DNA from: Candidatus Omnitrophota bacterium
Lineage (GTDB): Bacteria; Omnitrophota; Gorgyraeia; 2-01-FULL-45-10
DNA length: 64,000 nucleotides
Direction of reading: 5' to 3'
NCBI GenBank assembly: GCA_020057115.1
Contig: JAGVGJ010000018.1
Location: forward strand, 6,067 to 70,066
A program made the position numbers and the translations under genes. Shown here piece by piece: positions 27,034-36,865 of this stretch (position 1 is the first letter of the stretch; every line of letters begins with the position of its first letter). Under the pieces are notes generated by a model. That model ran no database searches. It saw only the letters and a program-made list of their open reading frames with translations, and had not been told where the DNA came from.

Positions 27034-28304
27034 TTCGGTCTTTCGCACGATATATTTCCGGCTGCGGCCAAAACGCCTGCCGATATCCAGAATAGCGCCG
27101 CAAGGTTAAGGCTGTAGAGATTCGTGTCAAAGATACTCTGTATAAGATATGCTATTATCCCGAGCACCAGTCCTACCTGCAAAGAACGTAAGAAGGCATC
27201 TTCCGTCCTGATAGCGGAAGACATCCCGCGAAAGATAAGAAACGCTATAAATGCAAGAAAACCGAGCAAGCCGACAATGCCTATGTCTGCAGCCATCTGA
27301 AAATAGCAGTTGTGCGCATACGAGCCTTTTTTGCCCTTATATTCATCATCCCGCACATTCATGTAATTCACGAAGAATGTATTTATGCCGTTTCCTATCA
27401 CTGGATGCTGCTTGAATATCTTCCAGGCATTATTCCACATTGTGCCACGATCGCTCACGCTTGCAAAAGAACCTATGCTTGCCCTCACATCTTTCTTAAG
27501 CAGTAAAGGGCTCATGAGCGCGACGAGCACCAATAGCAGGGCGAGCCCCTTTTTTATGTTGCGAAATCCCAGGAATGGGACTACTAAAAGGCTTACCAAA
27601 AATCCGAGCCATGCTCCTCTTGTCCTGGTAGCCATGAGAAAAAATAGCAACCCCGCGAATATCGCTCCGATACCAGCCCTCTTCCAGACTCCTTTTGCCC
27701 ATAACAGGGTAAATGCGGCGGCCGGGAATATCATTATCAGTATCCATGCCGCAAAATCATTCGGGAACGGGAATGAGGCGGTCGGGAACCCCAAAAATGT
27801 CGTCTTGTACGGCGACATGGCTGTAGCAAAACCAAGCATTGATGCCTGGCAATACTGGAACGACGGATACTGATGGAGTATATCAATATGCGTTACATAA
27901 TACTGTATGTAAGCATCAATCAATATAATGACGCATGATACCAGCATCATTATAGAAAAATTCTCCAGCTTCTCCTTCTTATCAAGGGCTCCCTGGGCCA
28001 CAAGGAATAATGCCGCGAACTTCAGAGTCTTTGAAAATAATGCCCTTAGGCTTAAGCTCATATATTCGGTATTGAAGAAAGACGGCAAGGATACTATCAA
28101 GAATATGATCAGCGCTATATTGACCGAGCTGTTCCTGATAAGAGGCTCACCGCACATGACCTTCTTCAGGACCAGAGCAACGATCCCGATCACGATCATT
28201 ATCTCGACAAATGATTTTGAGAATGGAAGCGTGAATATGAGGATATATAGCGACCACTCGGCTATCTTGTCCAGCGCCTGCACCAGCTGCTCTTTATTCA
28301 ACAT
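27030..28304 (-). CDS. waaL: O-antigen ligase family protein
   Basis: Multi-TM, FPNDFA, TRTRGAW, R..MW....HPVIGNG, AHNCYFQMAADIG. Confidence 0.88.
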   Translation of the reverse strand: MLNKEQLVQALDKIAEWSLYILIFTLPFSKSFVEIMIVIGIVALVLKKVMCGEPLIRNSSVNIALIIFLIVSLPSFFNTEYMSLSLRALFSKTLKFAALFLVAQGALDKKEKLENFSIMMLVSCVIILIDAYIQYYVTHIDILHQYPSFQYCQASMLGFATAMSPYKTTFLGFPTASFPFPNDFAAWILIMIFPAAAFTLLWAKGVWKRAGIGAIFAGLLFFLMATRTRGAWLGFLVSLLVVPFLGFRNIKKGLALLLVLVALMSPLLLKKDVRASIGSFASVSDRGTMWNNAWKIFKQHPVIGNGINTFFVNYMNVRDDEYKGKKGSYAHNCYFQMAADIGIVGLLGFLAFIAFLIFRGMSSAIRTEDAFLRSLQVGLVLGIIAYLIQSIFDTNLYSLNLAALFWISAGVLAAAGNISCERPK

Positions 28305-29331
28305 TATAAGCGCCTTTCTTTCTGCCGTACCGCTTGGTATCGATGAAGCTTAGGTATACCCCAAGCGAAAGCATTACGATAAAGGCGAATGCGCCGAATA
28401 TCATCGCCATGAAAGTGCTCACCTTCGTAACCGCGATCCCCATAAGCCCCAGGAAGAGACAGAAGAAATAGATGACTAGCACTGCCCCATATTTCTTGAA
28501 ACCTAAAAGCGCAAGCCTGTGGGAGGAGTGGTCTTTCCCGCCTTCAAATATAGATCTGCCCTCAAGTATCCTCATGACCGTGACTAGCGTGGTGTCGAAT
28601 ATCGGATATCCGAGTATGAGGAGCGGTATCATGAGCGACGTAGTCCAGGTATTGGTCTTCCAGCTGATCAGAACTGACAGCGTGGCAAGTATGTATCCTA
28701 TTATAAGGCTTCCCACATCACCCATAAAGATGTTTGCCTTCGGAAAATTGTGTTTCAAGAATCCAAGAGTGGCTCCGGCAAGCGCAAAGGAGAGCGCGCA
28801 TATCATCGGCTGGCCGTTCATGTATGCGACGACCCCGAGAAAGGCTGCGGCTATTGAAGCTATGCCGGATGACAGGCCATTCATGTTATCCAAAAGATTA
28901 AAGGCATTGGTTATGCCGATTATCCAGAAATACGTGAATATGACATTGAAATAATAGTTGCCCAGGAACTCCGCCCTCACGCCGGCCTTGATCGCTATCA
29001 ATGCCGCGAGAAACTGCCCCAGGAGTTTAAGCTCCGGCATCATGCCAACTTTATCGTCGATGAGGCCTATTGTCAGGAGGAGCAGACAGCCGGCCATCAT
29101 CGCTTTTACCTGGCCTGACGCCATGAGGTTTGTTTTAGTCAATACGGCTATGCTGAAGGCAAGGAATATAGCGACCCCTCCCAACAAAGGCGTAGGATGC
29201 GCGTGGACCTTATTGTCTTTCGGGTGATCAACATAATCAAGTTTTACGGCGGCTTTCTTTATAAATGGCGAGAGCGCGTAAGCCACGACCACTGCTATAA
29301 AAAATGTCTCGATTATCTGTATAATATTCAT
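28294..29331 (-). CDS. wecA: Undecaprenyl-phosphate N-acetylhexosamine-1-phosphate transferase (WecA/TagO, MraY family)
   Basis: KVH..PTPLLGG, GLIDD, NAFNLLDNMNGL, NFPKANIFMGDVGS, DHSSHRL. Confidence 0.9.
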   Translation of the reverse strand: MNIIQIIETFFIAVVVAYALSPFIKKAAVKLDYVDHPKDNKVHAHPTPLLGGVAIFLAFSIAVLTKTNLMASGQVKAMMAGCLLLLTIGLIDDKVGMMPELKLLGQFLAALIAIKAGVRAEFLGNYYFNVIFTYFWIIGITNAFNLLDNMNGLSSGIASIAAAFLGVVAYMNGQPMICALSFALAGATLGFLKHNFPKANIFMGDVGSLIIGYILATLSVLISWKTNTWTTSLMIPLLILGYPIFDTTLVTVMRILEGRSIFEGGKDHSSHRLALLGFKKYGAVLVIYFFCLFLGLMGIAVTKVSTFMAMIFGAFAFIVMLSLGVYLSFIDTKRYGRKKGAYNVE

Positions 29332-29349
29332 ATCGCGTCCGCCGTCTTT

Positions 29350-30327
29350 CTATTTTTTGCGTTTAATATCTTTCGCAACCTTGGCCAGCATCTCATCGAT
29401 AGTCACTGCCGGCTCAAAATCGGTGAACTTTTGAAGCTTGGAAATATCCGGCTCGCGATGCCTCATATCCTCAAAACCTTTCTCATACGCCTTCTCGTAA
29501 GATATGTGCCTTATCGCTGACTTCGAGCCTGTCATCTTCTTTATCTTCTTAGCCAAAGCATTTATGGTGACTTTGTTATGCGGATTGCCTATGTTGAACA
29601 CCTCCCCTACGGCGGTCGGCTCTTCGGCAAGCATCATAACCGCCCGCACTGAGTCTGAGACGTCGGTAAAACACCTGGTCTGCTTGCCATCTCCGTATAT
29701 AGTAATGGGCTCTCCGGCAATCGCCTGTTTTGCGAACCTCGGGACGACCATGCCGTAACGGCCGGTCTGTTTCTCCCCGCACGTATTAAAGAACCGGACT
29801 ATTATCACCGGGAGGTTCTTCTCCTTAAAATACGCGATGCTCAGGAATTCATCGATCGCCTTTGTGCATGAATAGCTCCATCTGACTATCGATGTCGGCC
29901 CCAGTACCCTGTCATCTTCTTCATGGAAGATGCGCTTTCCCGGCCTGTCCTTGCCATAGACCTCGGAGGTCGAGGCTAGGAGCACCTTCTTATTCCCGTA
30001 CTCGTGGGCAAGCGACAAGACTATCTCCGTTCCGCCCACGTTGGTAAGTATAGACTCGAGCGGATGGTCGATGATATATTTGACCCCTACAGCAGCCGCA
30101 AGATGATAGACGATATCACACTTCTCGACAAGCTCCGTCATGAGGGTCTTATTCATTATCGTATCGATATAGTAAGTAAAGTTGTCTTTCCCTTTGAGAT
30201 GCTCTATATTCTCAAGCCTTCCCGTGGAAAGATTATCTATTATCGTCACGCTATGGCCTTTTTTCAAAAGCGCCTCCGCCAGGTGTGATCCTATAAAACC
30301 CGCCCCTCCGGTAATAAGACATTTCAT
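29350..30327 (-). CDS. NAD-dependent NDP-sugar epimerase/dehydratase (extended SDR)
   Basis: ITGGAGFIGSH, HLAAAVGV, ASTSEVYG, YSCTK (YxxxK), GDGKQTRCF. Confidence 0.93.
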   Translation of the reverse strand: MKCLITGGAGFIGSHLAEALLKKGHSVTIIDNLSTGRLENIEHLKGKDNFTYYIDTIMNKTLMTELVEKCDIVYHLAAAVGVKYIIDHPLESILTNVGGTEIVLSLAHEYGNKKVLLASTSEVYGKDRPGKRIFHEEDDRVLGPTSIVRWSYSCTKAIDEFLSIAYFKEKNLPVIIVRFFNTCGEKQTGRYGMVVPRFAKQAIAGEPITIYGDGKQTRCFTDVSDSVRAVMMLAEEPTAVGEVFNIGNPHNKVTINALAKKIKKMTGSKSAIRHISYEKAYEKGFEDMRHREPDISKLQKFTDFEPAVTIDEMLAKVAKDIKRKK

Positions 30328-30369
30328 CTCTTCGTCTCCTTTGTCATTACAAACGCCTGTACTTCATGT

Positions 30370-30404
30370 GTCATTGCGAGGCCGCGAAGCGGCTGAAGCA
30401 ATCT
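30370..30404. repeat. REP-like element GTCATTGCGAG-GCCGCGAAGCGGC-TGAAGCAATCT
   Basis: Fits the widespread GTCATTGCGAG...GAAGCAATC repeat pattern, with internal GCCGC-GAA-GCGGC hairpin. Starts 1 nt beyond the GT4 stop codon. Confidence 0.7.
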
Positions 30405-30405
30405 A

Positions 30406-31566
30406 TCAATTCACGCACTCCTTATACAATTTCTCCATCACCTTAACTAAATTCTCCTTATCAAACTTCTTGCTCGCAGCTAAGGCTGCTTGTCCCAATT
30501 TTTCTCTCAATGGCTTATCGCTCAAGATCCGTATCAAGCTTTCCGAAAAAGCGTCTACGTCACCTTTAGCAACTAATATCCCGGTCTTTCCATTCTCCAC
30601 GATATCAGATACCCCACCCACATCTGTAGCGATGATGGCTTTGCCCATCGCCATGGCCTCTATTAGCGCAAGCGGCGTCCCTTCGTTTAATGACGTTAGG
30701 GCGACTACATCAAGGCCTCTGTATATATTTCCCAGATCTTCGCGCCATCCGAGAAAATAGACTTCTTTCTCCAGGCCGAGCGAAGCGACCGCATTCTTCA
30801 ATTCCGCTTCCAGCTCGCCGCCTCCTATCACCGCATACTTAGCTTTGATGTCCGGCCTCGCTTGCCGGATGCGGCTTGCGGCTTCAAAAAACATCCTATG
30901 GTTCTTTATCGGGACAAGCCGCCCCATTATCCCGACTAAAAGCTCGGCGCCCTGAAGCCCCAGCTCTTTTTTCAATCCGCCATCCCGAACCTGCGCAGTA
31001 TTGAGCCTTGAAAAATCTATGCCGAGCGGTATCACTACGCATTTCGGACCGGGTATTATCCTGAATTCTTTTACAAGCTCCTCTTTCTGCCTGGCCGAGA
31101 CTGTCACCACTTTAGTGGTAAAGAGCCCTAAGAATCTTTCGATAAATATGAATATGGCCGTCTTTAGCCTTCCGAAATAGTGCTTAAAGACATTGCCGTG
31201 AAAAGTATGTATCTTGACCCTCGAGCCGGCAAGTATAGCGGCCATCCTTCCGAGGGTACCGGCTTTTGCCGTGTGGGTATGCACTATATCGGGCTTCTCA
31301 CGCAGCAATATCCGGAATATCTTCCAAAACGCCTTAAAGTCATCTACCGGGCTTATCTCCCTGCCAAGCTCCGGGACGAGTTCCATATCAACGCCTTCGG
31401 CGCGCATGAGATGCTCTAAGCCACCTTCGCCGTCAGCAAGCGACCCGTAAATGACCTTTGTCTGGAAAAGCTCCCTATCCAGAGAAGATGAAAGTATAGA
31501 GGCATTTATAGCCGGCCCACCGATATTGAGACGCGCTATTATCCTTACTATCTTTATCTTAGCCAT
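30406..31566 (-). CDS. GT4 glycosyltransferase
   Basis: ARLNIGGPA, VHTHTAKAG, HTFHG, GRLVPIKN, EGTPLALIEAMA, TDVGG. Confidence 0.93.
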   Translation of the reverse strand: MAKIKIVRIIARLNIGGPAINASILSSSLDRELFQTKVIYGSLADGEGGLEHLMRAEGVDMELVPELGREISPVDDFKAFWKIFRILLREKPDIVHTHTAKAGTLGRMAAILAGSRVKIHTFHGNVFKHYFGRLKTAIFIFIERFLGLFTTKVVTVSARQKEELVKEFRIIPGPKCVVIPLGIDFSRLNTAQVRDGGLKKELGLQGAELLVGIMGRLVPIKNHRMFFEAASRIRQARPDIKAKYAVIGGGELEAELKNAVASLGLEKEVYFLGWREDLGNIYRGLDVVALTSLNEGTPLALIEAMAMGKAIIATDVGGVSDIVENGKTGILVAKGDVDAFSESLIRILSDKPLREKLGQAALAASKKFDKENLVKVMEKLYKECVN

Positions 31567-31871
31567 CTTGAATTTTCTGCCGCGCGGCCGAGCGCGTTCA
31601 TTACCTCGCTGCCATAATATACAGTGCCTGCGAAATTAAATATAAGCACTTTTAATAATACAAGAGAACTTAATGTCACAAAAAGCGCTATAGAGCAGCT
31701 GCCCGCCCTCCTGAACCCGGAACTTACCGATGATGCAAGCGCTCTCAATAGGCCTATGACCGATGAATTCGCATAATAGCCGCCCAGGGCTCTTTCGAGG
31801 CTATTCAGCACCATGACCCAAAATCCCGTCATGCTTCCCAGTATATTTAATACGATGCTGTCATGTTTCAT
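31554..31871 (-). CDS. Small hypothetical membrane protein
   Basis: 105 aa, hydrophobic, overlaps both neighbours in the operon direction. Confidence 0.55.
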   Translation of the reverse strand: MKHDSIVLNILGSMTGFWVMVLNSLERALGGYYANSSVIGLLRALASSVSSGFRRAGSCSIALFVTLSSLVLLKVLIFNFAGTVYYGSEVMNALGRAAENSRWLR

Positions 31872-32338
31872 GCTTTGTCGTTCGCCTTCGTATCCATGTC
31901 AAGGATCGTTGCATTCAAGATCGTATAGAGAGGGTTCGAGAACATTATGTTCGAATTTATTTTGATGGCCATGTTGGCGCAATAGTATTCGCCATTCAAT
32001 ATCACGCAGTTCGTCTTTATGAGAACGACCGCATCGCTATACCCCGTATCTTTTTCATTCGCATCCTTCACGGGCCTTATCTCCAGCACCTTTTCTATCC
32101 TGGCATTGCCTCCCATGATCACGTCTCCGGGCCTTAATATCTTCTTGTTATACGCCACCTCGTTCGGAACGCGGCACAATACTTTTACATACATCTCCTG
32201 CGCCGTCTTTTGATGCTTGCTAATGCCGGACAGGTTGACTTTTATAGATATCGCAACACCGATTATCAACAATATCACTAGAAGGTCTATCAGGTTCACA
32301 AGACCGAACAGCTTACCCCTGTCATCTACCAGCCGCAT
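31868..32338 (-). CDS. DUF4330-like membrane-anchored protein
   Basis: N-terminus MRLVDDRGKLFGLVNLIDLLVIL is typical of DUF4330. Confidence 0.7.
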   Translation of the reverse strand: MRLVDDRGKLFGLVNLIDLLVILLIIGVAISIKVNLSGISKHQKTAQEMYVKVLCRVPNEVAYNKKILRPGDVIMGGNARIEKVLEIRPVKDANEKDTGYSDAVVLIKTNCVILNGEYYCANMAIKINSNIMFSNPLYTILNATILDMDTKANDKA

Positions 32339-32353
32339 ATGCTCTCCTATCTT

Positions 32354-34201
32354 TTAAATGTACCCTTTTAATTTGTAGTATATGATCCCGGCATACTCAT
32401 GCAGGATCGCCTGGATATGCTTTAATTCGACCTTCTTCTTATCGCCAAAGAATAGGCTGTCCTTCACCGGCTCAGCTATCAGCTCCTTGTCAAGCGCAGC
32501 CTTTTTCCATACAAGAGACACCCTGCGCATGTTGTAGGGCGCGCTTATCACTATAGCTGACCTTAACCCCCTGCCGGTCATGATCTTCGCCGTATTGATC
32601 ACATTCTGATAAGTATTAACCGCCTTATCCTCAAGCATGATATTTGATTCCGGGATATTCAATGATATGGCAAGCGCCTTCATGACATCAGCCTCTTTAA
32701 AGGCGTAGCTATATCCGGAGGAGAATATCAATTTATCCGCGTAGCCCTGTCTGTAAAGATCGACGGCGTATTTGACGCGTTCTTCATATCCCTGCCCGGC
32801 CTTGCCGGATTCGCCGACGCCGCCCGCAAATACAGCTATAACATCCGCTTTTTTAAGCGGGTTCTCGACCTTTAGCGGATACGCCGCCCACCACACCAGC
32901 GGCGTGTGGAACAGGATGATATAGGCCGCAAGAATGCTTGCCGCAAGCGGAATGACTTTGCGCTTCGCCCCGGCATAAAGTTTCAGGATATTGACTTTCC
33001 AGTTAAGCTCCTTCTCCGCCTCTTTCTTCCGTATCTCGTCCTCGATAAGCGCGCTCATCTTCTCTATCTTTATTTTCCATGAGCCTTCGGCTAACGCAAT
33101 ATCCATCCTTCTCTTGCATTCAACCTGATCATGGCTCTTAGAAACGGCCGCCTTTACGAGAGAGGAAAAATCTTCCTTAGTTTTTCCGATGCATATGACA
33201 TTACCGTTGCGCTCGTTATAGGCTTCAACCTCGGGGATCGAAGTCGAGACAACCGCTTTTCCAAGCGAAAAATATTCGTTAAGCTTTGTCGGATAGACGT
33301 TCTTTGTATATTCCGTTAGAAGGTATGGAACAAGACAAACGTCGAAATTCGCCACATAACCGGGGAGCTCGGCATAAGGTTTCTGTCCGAGGAAATGAAC
33401 GTTGGTAAGGCTTTTGAGCCCGCCGACATCTGCCTGCAGCGGCCCGACAAATACAAAAGATATGTCGGGATTCGCCTGGGCAGCATGTTTCACGAGGTCG
33501 AAGTCTATCCATTTATGGACGCCGCCTACATACCCTGCTATCGGATGCTTTATCGGGGCAAGGTCTTTAGGAGGATCGACCTTCTTGCCCCTTGCCTTTT
33601 CGTAGATCTCCGTATTTACACCGAATGGGAATGTGTGAACATTCTTACTGTGCTCGGAGCACCAGTCGTACAGGCTCTTCGCCGTAACGAATACCAGATC
33701 TGAGCGTTCAAGCAGTTTCGACTCTGTCTTGCGGATATTCTTTGCTTTTGGGGAGCTTGCGGCAAAATTATCTATGCAGTAGTATATGACGAGTTTCGAG
33801 TCTATGGAATCGATGATATCCAGGACTATCCCTGTGGGCAGGAATGTCCATATAATGGGTGTTGAAAAACCAACGGATCTTTCCCAGCGCTTTAAGGCTG
33901 ATACCAGAAGCCATCTATTTATCCAGCGCGCTATCTTGGAATACGGGAAGGGCAATATTATGGGAGAGTAAATATAAAGGTTCTCCCTCTCCCTGCGTAT
34001 GCCCTTTACGCTGCCGAGCCAGTTCTTTATCCTGCTTCTTAGCCTCGGCATGTCCCGGAGGCCGGGAGACCTCACGCCTGTATTCTCGATGAAAAGGACC
34101 CTGTTACCGCTTGCGGCAAGCGAGGACATTATCTCCTGGTGCCCCTGCCAGATAAAGCCCCAGTCTATACTGGATATGCATATAATATCTTGATTCTTCA
34201 C
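32354..34201 (-). CDS. Fusion: TuaH-like GT-B glycosyltransferase, TM helix, DUF218 (ElyC/YdcF/SanA) domain
   Basis: SSIDW..WQ.HQ, YYCIDNF, YPTKLNEY. TM around aa 418-440, then ADVIAVFAGG, LIFSSG, EADVM, AVNTYQN, YNMRR, LHEYAG. Confidence 0.85.
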   Translation of the reverse strand: MKNQDIICISSIDWGFIWQGHQEIMSSLAASGNRVLFIENTGVRSPGLRDMPRLRSRIKNWLGSVKGIRRERENLYIYSPIILPFPYSKIARWINRWLLVSALKRWERSVGFSTPIIWTFLPTGIVLDIIDSIDSKLVIYYCIDNFAASSPKAKNIRKTESKLLERSDLVFVTAKSLYDWCSEHSKNVHTFPFGVNTEIYEKARGKKVDPPKDLAPIKHPIAGYVGGVHKWIDFDLVKHAAQANPDISFVFVGPLQADVGGLKSLTNVHFLGQKPYAELPGYVANFDVCLVPYLLTEYTKNVYPTKLNEYFSLGKAVVSTSIPEVEAYNERNGNVICIGKTKEDFSSLVKAAVSKSHDQVECKRRMDIALAEGSWKIKIEKMSALIEDEIRKKEAEKELNWKVNILKLYAGAKRKVIPLAASILAAYIILFHTPLVWWAAYPLKVENPLKKADVIAVFAGGVGESGKAGQGYEERVKYAVDLYRQGYADKLIFSSGYSYAFKEADVMKALAISLNIPESNIMLEDKAVNTYQNVINTAKIMTGRGLRSAIVISAPYNMRRVSLVWKKAALDKELIAEPVKDSLFFGDKKKVELKHIQAILHEYAGIIYYKLKGYI

Positions 34202-34221
34202 GTATCTTAATTATCTCCTGA

Positions 34222-34998
34222 TTAATCATAATAGCTCATAAGCTTGTTCGTGAAGTCTGTTATTATATCATATCCGTCTATTTCTGTCCTTCTTAAAATG
34301 AAATTATCCGTTCCTGCCTTGTTAATGCCCTTAAAGGATGAGCAGCCTCCTATGTATCCGCTGGATCTGGCCATATCTACGACCTCATTATTCAGCCTTC
34401 CGTAAGGGTAACTAAAAGTTACCGGTTTTATGCCTGCCTTTTCGACTATCGCTTTTTTCGAACCCTCAAACTGGTGCTGCAGTCCATCCCTGTCGATTGA
34501 CGTCAGGTCCATGTGGTCGACCATGTGAGAGCCTATCTCAAAGCCCATACCCGACAGGCGCCTGATATCGTCCCAATCCATGTACTCCCTATTCCTGCCA
34601 TCGGTCCATTTTTTGCAATTCTTTCCGTCAATATTAGAGGTTGTGATGAAGAATGTCGCCTTTATGCCTCTGGTCTTTAAAGCGGGGGCGGCTTCGGTTA
34701 TATTGTCCTTATAGCCGTCGTCGAACGTCACGACAATGGCCTTCTTCGCTCTCGGCGACATGCCGCTCTTCAGAAGCTCCGAAACTGTCATCGTTTCATA
34801 TCCGATGCGGGATAGCTCATCGAGTTGGTCCCTGAAATTCGCGGCAGGGACCCTGGTCGCGAAACGATGGTCCTCGGGCCTGCCTCCGATAGAATGGTAC
34901 ATGAGTATGCGCACGCCTTCGCTCTTCGGCTTGAAAGTAAGGGTTGATCTTGCTCCGGCAATAAAGCGCTTTATATTCTTCTTTATGATAAATGTCAT
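34222..34998 (-). CDS. Polysaccharide deacetylase (NodB/IcaB-like)
   Basis: ILMYHSI, VTFDDGY, ATFFI, IGSHMVDH, FSYPYG. Likely ATG at 34998 (ATGA overlap). Confidence 0.9.
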   Translation of the reverse strand: MTFIIKKNIKRFIAGARSTLTFKPKSEGVRILMYHSIGGRPEDHRFATRVPAANFRDQLDELSRIGYETMTVSELLKSGMSPRAKKAIVVTFDDGYKDNITEAAPALKTRGIKATFFITTSNIDGKNCKKWTDGRNREYMDWDDIRRLSGMGFEIGSHMVDHMDLTSIDRDGLQHQFEGSKKAIVEKAGIKPVTFSYPYGRLNNEVVDMARSSGYIGGCSSFKGINKAGTDNFILRRTEIDGYDIITDFTNKLMSYYD

Positions 34999-36044
34999 AA
35001 TCTCATAGTCCTGGGATATGCCGTGCACTCGACACATATGCGCGGGATCTCCTTCGAGCGGAGGGCTTTCCTGAAATCCCGGTATGCGGGGCTGTTCCAG
35101 ATATCGAAAAAATCTGACGTAAATATATTCCCGAAGTTCATAATGCCGGGGTCGGACCCCTGCAGGCAGCAGGGCGTCACGAACCCCTCCGCCGTAATAT
35201 AACAGCTCTTCCATGGCCATTTACAGGCGCGGCTCGAGGCGGGATCCGGAACATTCACGTAATCAAAAGAACCCCCCTCTCTTTCCGCGGTCTTCTTTGC
35301 CATCGCCAATATCCCTCTGACACGGGCGTAGAACGCCATTGAGTACCTGTCTCTCATGTCGCCTTTTATCTTGTCATTAGACCAGTTGTGTTCAAGCTGG
35401 GCGCATACCTTCTTCACTCCAAGGCTCTTTGAGAGCTCGATCACGTCCGGAAGGTCAGTCAGGTTTTCTCTCATCATAACGAACCATACCGAGACATCCG
35501 GCGCCGGAGACTTGCCTTTCATCTCCATGAAACGCTTGATATTCTTCTTCACCGTTTCCAGCTTCGCGCCTTTACGGATCGCTTCATACCTATCCCTGTC
35601 GGCGCTGTCTATAGAGATATTGAGCCAGTCGGCCCCGCTCTCGAGTATATTCTTTGAGCTGGCTTCGTCCAAGAGCATGGCATTTGTGGCAAAACCTATC
35701 ATGATGCCGCGGGACTTTGCATATGTGATCATATCGAAAAGCTCCGGATTCATAAGAGGCTCGCCCGCCCCGACCAGGCTCATCTTCTTTAAATGAGGCA
35801 TGCCGTCGACTATCTTCTTGAATTCTGAAAGCGACATATGTCTCTTCTTGCGGCTGCTTATCGGATTTGCGCACATGACGCATTCGAGATTACAGTGGAC
35901 GGTGGGCTCGATCTGGATCATGATGGGATATGAAGACATCGCGGAGGGCTCAAGCTTAAGGTTCAAATACGCCATAGCAAGGTTTTTCAGGTCCCCTCTT
36001 TTTAAGGACATACCAACTACTTTTAAAGCATCTCGAACATTCAT
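34995..36044 (-). CDS. Radical SAM protein with SPASM/Twitch domain
   Basis: EPTVHCNLECVMC, GAGEPL, SIDS, CKWPW...GFVTPCC...GNI...CVEC. Confidence 0.92.
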   Translation of the reverse strand: MNVRDALKVVGMSLKRGDLKNLAMAYLNLKLEPSAMSSYPIMIQIEPTVHCNLECVMCANPISSRKKRHMSLSEFKKIVDGMPHLKKMSLVGAGEPLMNPELFDMITYAKSRGIMIGFATNAMLLDEASSKNILESGADWLNISIDSADRDRYEAIRKGAKLETVKKNIKRFMEMKGKSPAPDVSVWFVMMRENLTDLPDVIELSKSLGVKKVCAQLEHNWSNDKIKGDMRDRYSMAFYARVRGILAMAKKTAEREGGSFDYVNVPDPASSRACKWPWKSCYITAEGFVTPCCLQGSDPGIMNFGNIFTSDFFDIWNSPAYRDFRKALRSKEIPRICVECTAYPRTMRL

Positions 36045-36865
36045 CTCTTTTTACCCCACGCTACCCAGCCGCGGTAGTTCACCACATTTATATCGCCGAA
36101 ACCGGCCCTTTCGAACCACGCCCTTGCTTCTTCTTTGTTATAGCGCATCTCTATGGGTGGAGAGAACCTGTCGTAAAGGTCCGAAACTATACAATCGAGT
36201 CTCGTTGTGTGCCTGAACGGTATCCTCTCAGCGAGCTTTTTTGTAAGCGGGATCCTTTTAAATACCTGATACGGTACGCAGCAGAATATGAAGACCAGAG
36301 GCGACATTAAGATACATAAGAGATGCAGGAGCCACGCCGGCATCTTCGTCGTGATAACCCTTAGGGAGTTGACGGTTTTCAATAAATATCTCTCAAGAGC
36401 GGTGCGCTCGGCAAAGTCTTCATATAGATAAACTATGACATAGCCGCCCTTCTTTACCTTATTGCACACGGACCTGAAAGCTTTTTCCGGTTCAGGCAAG
36501 TGGTGGAGCACCCCGAAGCTATATGCAAAATCGAATACATCGTCTCTGAAAGGGAGCTCATAGACATTCGCCTGAGTTACATGTATGCAACCGCTACATT
36601 TTGTATTCCGGCGGGTGATGGCTATAGAGTCTGATATGTCGATGCCGACCATGCGGGCGCCGTACTGCGATATATGCATCATATCGGTCCCAGAGCCACA
36701 TCCAACATCAAGGCCTATTTTGCCCTCACCGCTATAAACCCACCGCGGTATATAGTTCAGGTATGAGAACGAATCCTTATACCAGTCCCGCCCCACTTCC
36801 TTGGCGGCAAACTTCGCCCATCCGAATGAGAACTTTTTCCTGGTCTCGTTTATCATCTTATCCAT
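36041..36865 (-). CDS. Class I SAM-dependent methyltransferase
   Basis: GLDVGCGSG, GIDIS, FDFAYSFGVLHHLP. Confidence 0.92.
   Translation of the reverse strand: MDKMINETRKKFSFGWAKFAAKEVGRDWYKDSFSYLNYIPRWVYSGEGKIGLDVGCGSGTDMMHISQYGARMVGIDISDSIAITRRNTKCSGCIHVTQANVYELPFRDDVFDFAYSFGVLHHLPEPEKAFRSVCNKVKKGGYVIVYLYEDFAERTALERYLLKTVNSLRVITTKMPAWLLHLLCILMSPLVFIFCCVPYQVFKRIPLTKKLAERIPFRHTTRLDCIVSDLYDRFSPPIEMRYNKEEARAWFERAGFGDINVVNYRGWVAWGKKR

Noticed and set aside
34995-36044. RiPP maturase or anaerobic sulfatase-maturating enzyme role for the SPASM/Twitch radical SAM
   Set aside because: No precursor peptide or RRE domain is visible, the neighbouring AlkP proteins lack the (C/S)xPxR sulfatase motif, and the short Cys set and context fit sugar modification better.
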